Shown: in pieces, positions 60,989-64,000 of the stretch
How the letters are laid out: every line of letters begins with the position of its first letter
Numbering within the stretch: the stretch's first letter is position 1
Source of the DNA: an uncultured Chloroflexia bacterium
GTDB lineage: Bacteria; Chloroflexota; Limnocylindria; Limnocylindrales; CSP1-4
Reading direction: 5' to 3'
Length of the DNA stretch: 64,000 nucleotides
Assembly (NCBI GenBank): GCA_963780425.1
Contig: CAWABZ010000012.1
Coordinates: forward strand, 6,284-70,283
The notes under the pieces: generated by a model
Seen by the model: the letters and a program-made list of their open reading frames with translations, nothing else
Database searches by the model: none
What the model was told of the DNA's origin: nothing
Program-made: the position numbers and the translations under genes

Positions 60989-62080
60989 TCATCCGAGCGC
61001 CGCCACGATCGCGTCGACGGCGCCGGCGGGTTCCAGCCGGAGGTCGGCGGCCCTGGCCCGGGCGTCGGCCTCTGCCGTCGAGATCGGTGCGAGCCGCTCG
61101 AGCTCCGCTGTCGCGCGCGACGCATCGAGCCCGACCATGACCATCGTGCCGCCCGAGTCCGCCAGGGCCTCCACCCATTCGGTCGTCCCGCGCAGGATCA
61201 GGCACGGGACGTGGAGCCACGCGGCCTCGCGCTGGACGCCGCCCGAATCGGTCAGGACGGCTGCGGCGTGGAGCTGCAGCCCGAGGGTCGTGCGGTACCC
61301 CTGCGGCTCGATGACGCGGACGTCCGGCGACAGCTCGATCGCGGCCGCCTCGAGGGCCGCGCGCGTGCCCGGGTGCAGCGCCAGGATGACCGGGCGCTCC
61401 GGGCGCGCGACCCGGTTCAACAGGGCGGCCCAAGCCGTCATCGCATCGGGCTCCCGGTTCTCGGCCCGATGGATCGTGGCGAAGAGGTACCCGCCCGGGA
61501 TCAGGGCCAGGTCGACCGAGCCGAGGACGGCCGGATCCCTAACCTCGCGGGCGGTCCGCGCGGCGAGGTCCTGGAGCACGTCCCCGACCTCGACGACGCC
61601 ATCGACGATCCCCTCGGCACGGAGATTGGCGACGGCCGCGGGTGTGGGCGCGAACAGCCATCGCGACAGGTGATCCGTCACCAGCCGATTGATCTCCTCG
61701 GGCATCCGCCGATCGAACGAGCGCAGGCCGGCCTCCACGTGGGCGATCGGGATGCCTTGCTTGGCCGCCACGAGTGCCGCGGCGATCGTCGTGTTCGTGT
61801 CGCCGCAGACGACCACCACGTCCGGGACAGGTCCTCGAGTATCGGGTCGAGCGCGATCAGCATCCGGCCCGTCTGGGCCGAACCCGAACCACCACCGATC
61901 CCGAGGTCGTAGCTCGGGCCGCCGCAGGCCGAGCTCGCGGAAGAACGACCCGGCCATCGCGTCGTCGTAGTGTTGACCGGTGTCGATGAGGTCGTGTCGA
62001 ACCGCGCCCGAAGGGCCGGCTCGAGCGCGGCGGCCTTGATCAGCTGGGGACGCGTCCCGACGACGTTGGCGATCCGCACG
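60989..62080 (-). CDS. wecB: UDP-N-acetylglucosamine 2-epimerase (non-hydrolysing), three apparent +1 frameshifts (~61985, ~61895, ~61815)
   Basis: Segments alternate between two frames: VRIANVVGTRPQLIKAAAL...FDTT / LIDTGQHYDDAMAGSFFRELGL / YDLGIGGGSGSAQTGRMLIALDPILEDL / PDVVVVCGDTNTTIAAALVAAKQGIPIAHVEAGLRSFDRRMPEEINRLVTDHLS... GTG start 62080. Confidence 0.85.
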   Translation of the reverse strand, partial: RADRQRRRDASPADQGRRARAGPSGAVRHDLIDTGQHYDDAMAGSFFRELGLRRPELRPRDRWWFGFGPDGPDADRARPDTRGPVPDVVVVCGDTNTTIAAALVAAKQGIPIAHVEAGLRSFDRRMPEEINRLVTDHLSRWLFAPTPAAVANLRAEGIVDGVVEVGDVLQDLAARTAREVRDPAVLGSVDLALIPGGYLFATIHRAENREPDAMTAWAALLNRVARPERPVILALHPGTRAALEAAAIELSPDVRVIEPQGYRTTLGLQLHAAAVLTDSGGVQREAAWLHVPCLILRGTTEWVEALADSGGTMVMVGLDASRATAELERLAPISTAEADARARAADLRLEPAGAVDAIVAALG

Positions 62081-63542
62081 TCGGCCTCGTCAGTCGACGG
62101 CGTCGCGCGCGGGCCGCTGGTCGTCGGCACCCCCACGCCGCGATAGGCGACGCCGGGGCCGAGCCGCTCGACGAGCGGCGACAGGCTGTTCCGGCCGTCG
62201 TAGACGACCCGCAGTCCGGGGAACCAGGCCGGGTCCAGGTCCAGCCACGCAGGATCGCCCGTCTGGGTGACGATCGCGCGGACATCGGGCGAAGGGGAAC
62301 CCCACGGCCACGGCTCGGCGCCGGCTCGCGTCGATCTCGTCGACACTCAGCAGCGGGTCGTACGCGAGCACCCGCGCGCCGCGTGCGCGGAGCCCGTCGA
62401 TGAGCGGCGTCGCCCGCGAGTACGCCAGCTCCTTGACCCCGTGGCGATAGGTCAGGCCGAGCACGAGGACCGCCGCCCCGGTGAGGTCGCCCGCAGCGTC
62501 TTCGACAGCCGCGACAGCGAGGTCGACCTGGCCGTCGTTCACTTCACGCGCACGCGCGACGAGCGACAGCTCCGGCGCGCGATCGAGCAGGAAATGCGGA
62601 TACACCGGGATGCAATGCCCGCCGACCCCGATCCCGGGCTGGTGGATGTGGCTGTACGGCTGGCTGTTGGCCGCCGCGATCACCTCGGTGATGTCGACGC
62701 CGATGCGATCGGCGTACCGGGCGAACTCGTTCGCGAGCGCGATGTTCACGTCGCGGTAGGTGGTGTCGGCGAGCTTCGAGAACTCGGCAGCTTCCGCCGA
62801 CGACATGGCGACGACCTCCGCGTCGAGCACGCTCTCGTAGAACGCGGCGGCGAGAGCCGTCGACGGACGCGTCGAGGCCACCGACGAGCTTGGGGTACGT
62901 CGCCAGGTTGGCGAGCGCGGCGCCGCTGTACAGCCTCTCGGGCGAGAAGGCGACGTGGATCCGGTCCGTGCCCGACCCGCTGGCCGGCAGACCGCTGGCG
63001 GCCTCCAGTCGAGGTGCGTACCGGTCGCGCGTATCGCCGACGGGCAGGGTCGTCTCGAAGATCACGAGGGAGCCGGCGTGGACGCCGGGCGCGATCGAGT
63101 CGACCGCGGAGTCCATCCAGCGGTGATCGGGATGCTGGCTCGCATCGAGCATGACAGGGACGATCAGGACCACCACGTCTGCCGCGCGCGCCGCCTCGGC
63201 GCCGTCGGCGGTCGCCCGGAGCCGGCCGGTGGCGTGGGCACGCGCCACGAGCTCAGCGAGACCCGGTTCCTCCCCGACATGGGAGCGACCCTCGTTGATC
63301 GAGTCGACGACACGCGGGTCGATGTCCACGGCGACGACGTTCCAGCCGTGCCCGGCGAACTGCGCGGCGAGCGGCAGGCCCATCTTGCCGGCACCCACGA
63401 CGGCCACCGTCCCGGCCGTGCCGGGCTCTCCGGTCCATGGCGAGACGGACCGTGCCTCGCTGTGACGACACGGCCGCGGCGGCAACTGGATCGAGCCGCC
63501 GGACAGATCTCCCGTGGAGCTGGGTCGGGTCGATGGGCTCAC
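62081..63542 (-). CDS. UDP-sugar dehydrogenase family protein (WecC/UDP-ManNAc dehydrogenase-like), two apparent frameshifts; reads through into wecB without an in-frame stop
   Basis: N-terminus VAVVGAGKMGLPLAAQF (frame 62544-63542). Middle GIGVGGHCIPVYPHFLL (frame 62090-62881). C-terminus RAIVTQTGDPAWLDLDPAWFPGLRVVYDGRNSL (frame 61678-62346). GTG start overlaps the upstream stop (GTGA). Confidence 0.8.
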
Positions 63543-64000
63543 GCCGACACCAACTCGACCGACCGCTGCTCCCGCGCCGCGGTCAGCAGGGCGTGGGCCA
63601 GCACGACCGCCCAGCGGCCGTCCTCGCCATCGACGATCGGGCGGCCGCCGCGGCGGACCACGCTCAGGAAGGCCTCCAGCTCGACCGCCAGCGGCTCCTC
63701 GTTCGAGACCGGCAGCTCGACCTCGTCGCCAGCGAACGTCGGGGCGTACCCACCGATGAGCCGCGGGTTGGTCATGTCCGAGGCGCGCGTGAACGTCAGG
63801 CGCTGGGTCAGGTAGTCGAGCTCGAACATGCCCTCCTCGCCGACCACCGCCAGCTGGCGTCGCTTCGCCGGCGTAAGCCAGTCGACGTCGAGCATCGCGA
63901 CGGTCCCCGACGGGAACGACATCAGCCCGAACAGCAGGTCCTCGTGGTCGGCGTGGATGCGCTGTGCGGTCTCGGCGACGACCCGGACGGGACGCTCGCC
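63539..64000 (-). CDS. Gfo/Idh/MocA family oxidoreductase, C-terminal part (gene continues beyond window end)
   Basis: C-terminal dimerisation domain typical of WbpB/UDP-GlcNAc(A) 3-dehydrogenase-type Gfo/Idh/MocA proteins. ORF is open at 64000. Confidence 0.65.
   Translation of the reverse strand, partial: GERPVRVVAETAQRIHADHEDLLFGLMSFPSGTVAMLDVDWLTPAKRRQLAVVGEEGMFELDYLTQRLTFTRASDMTNPRLIGGYAPTFAGDEVELPVSNEEPLAVELEAFLSVVRRGGRPIVDGEDGRWAVVLAHALLTAAREQRSVELVSA

Noticed and set aside
1-64000. CRISPR arrays, rRNA genes, additional tRNAs, IS elements
   Set aside because: No regularly spaced short direct repeats, no rRNA-like conserved blocks, no other cloverleaf candidates and no transposase-like translations were seen. 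The only mobile signature is the tRNA-Pro islet.

Overview
This is a high-GC (~70%) chromosomal segment of actinobacterial type with dense coding on both strands. In order it contains:
- a partial ResB-like cytochrome c biogenesis gene, a Cys/Met-metabolism PLP enzyme and a VapBC toxin-antitoxin pair;
- a xylose locus, with xylA-xylB divergent from an ABC sugar importer (SBP, permease, ATPase) and a ROK regulator;
- Gfo/Idh/MocA, PAP2/haloperoxidase-like, FG-GAP/ASPIC, M24 peptidase, aldose epimerase and GGDEF genes;
- Lrp, LLM oxidoreductase, homocysteine methyltransferase, a LysE exporter, VOC and AraC genes;
- a tRNA-Pro(TGG) gene followed by a ~3.7 kb degraded integrative islet, bounded by a 41-nt repeat of the tRNA 5' half, carrying a decayed tyrosine integrase and PRC-barrel cargo;
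- an ECF sigma/anti-sigma module with secreted proteins;
- an ArsR-AHSA1 regulator, a TetR-mgsA operon, and the LCP, LOG, rdgB, rph, mazG and PpiC genes;
- a ~19 kb cell-wall glycopolymer cluster (45.3-64 kb) with four GT4 paralogues plus three other GT4s, one GT2, a Wzm/Wzt exporter, three epimerases, a methyltransferase, two UDP-sugar dehydrogenases, wecB and a Gfo/Idh/MocA oxidoreductase.

About 25-30 genes carry apparent single-nucleotide insertions (+1 frameshifts), so gene models had to be stitched across frames. Many six-frame 'ORFs' in the track are antisense or off-frame artefacts of the high GC.
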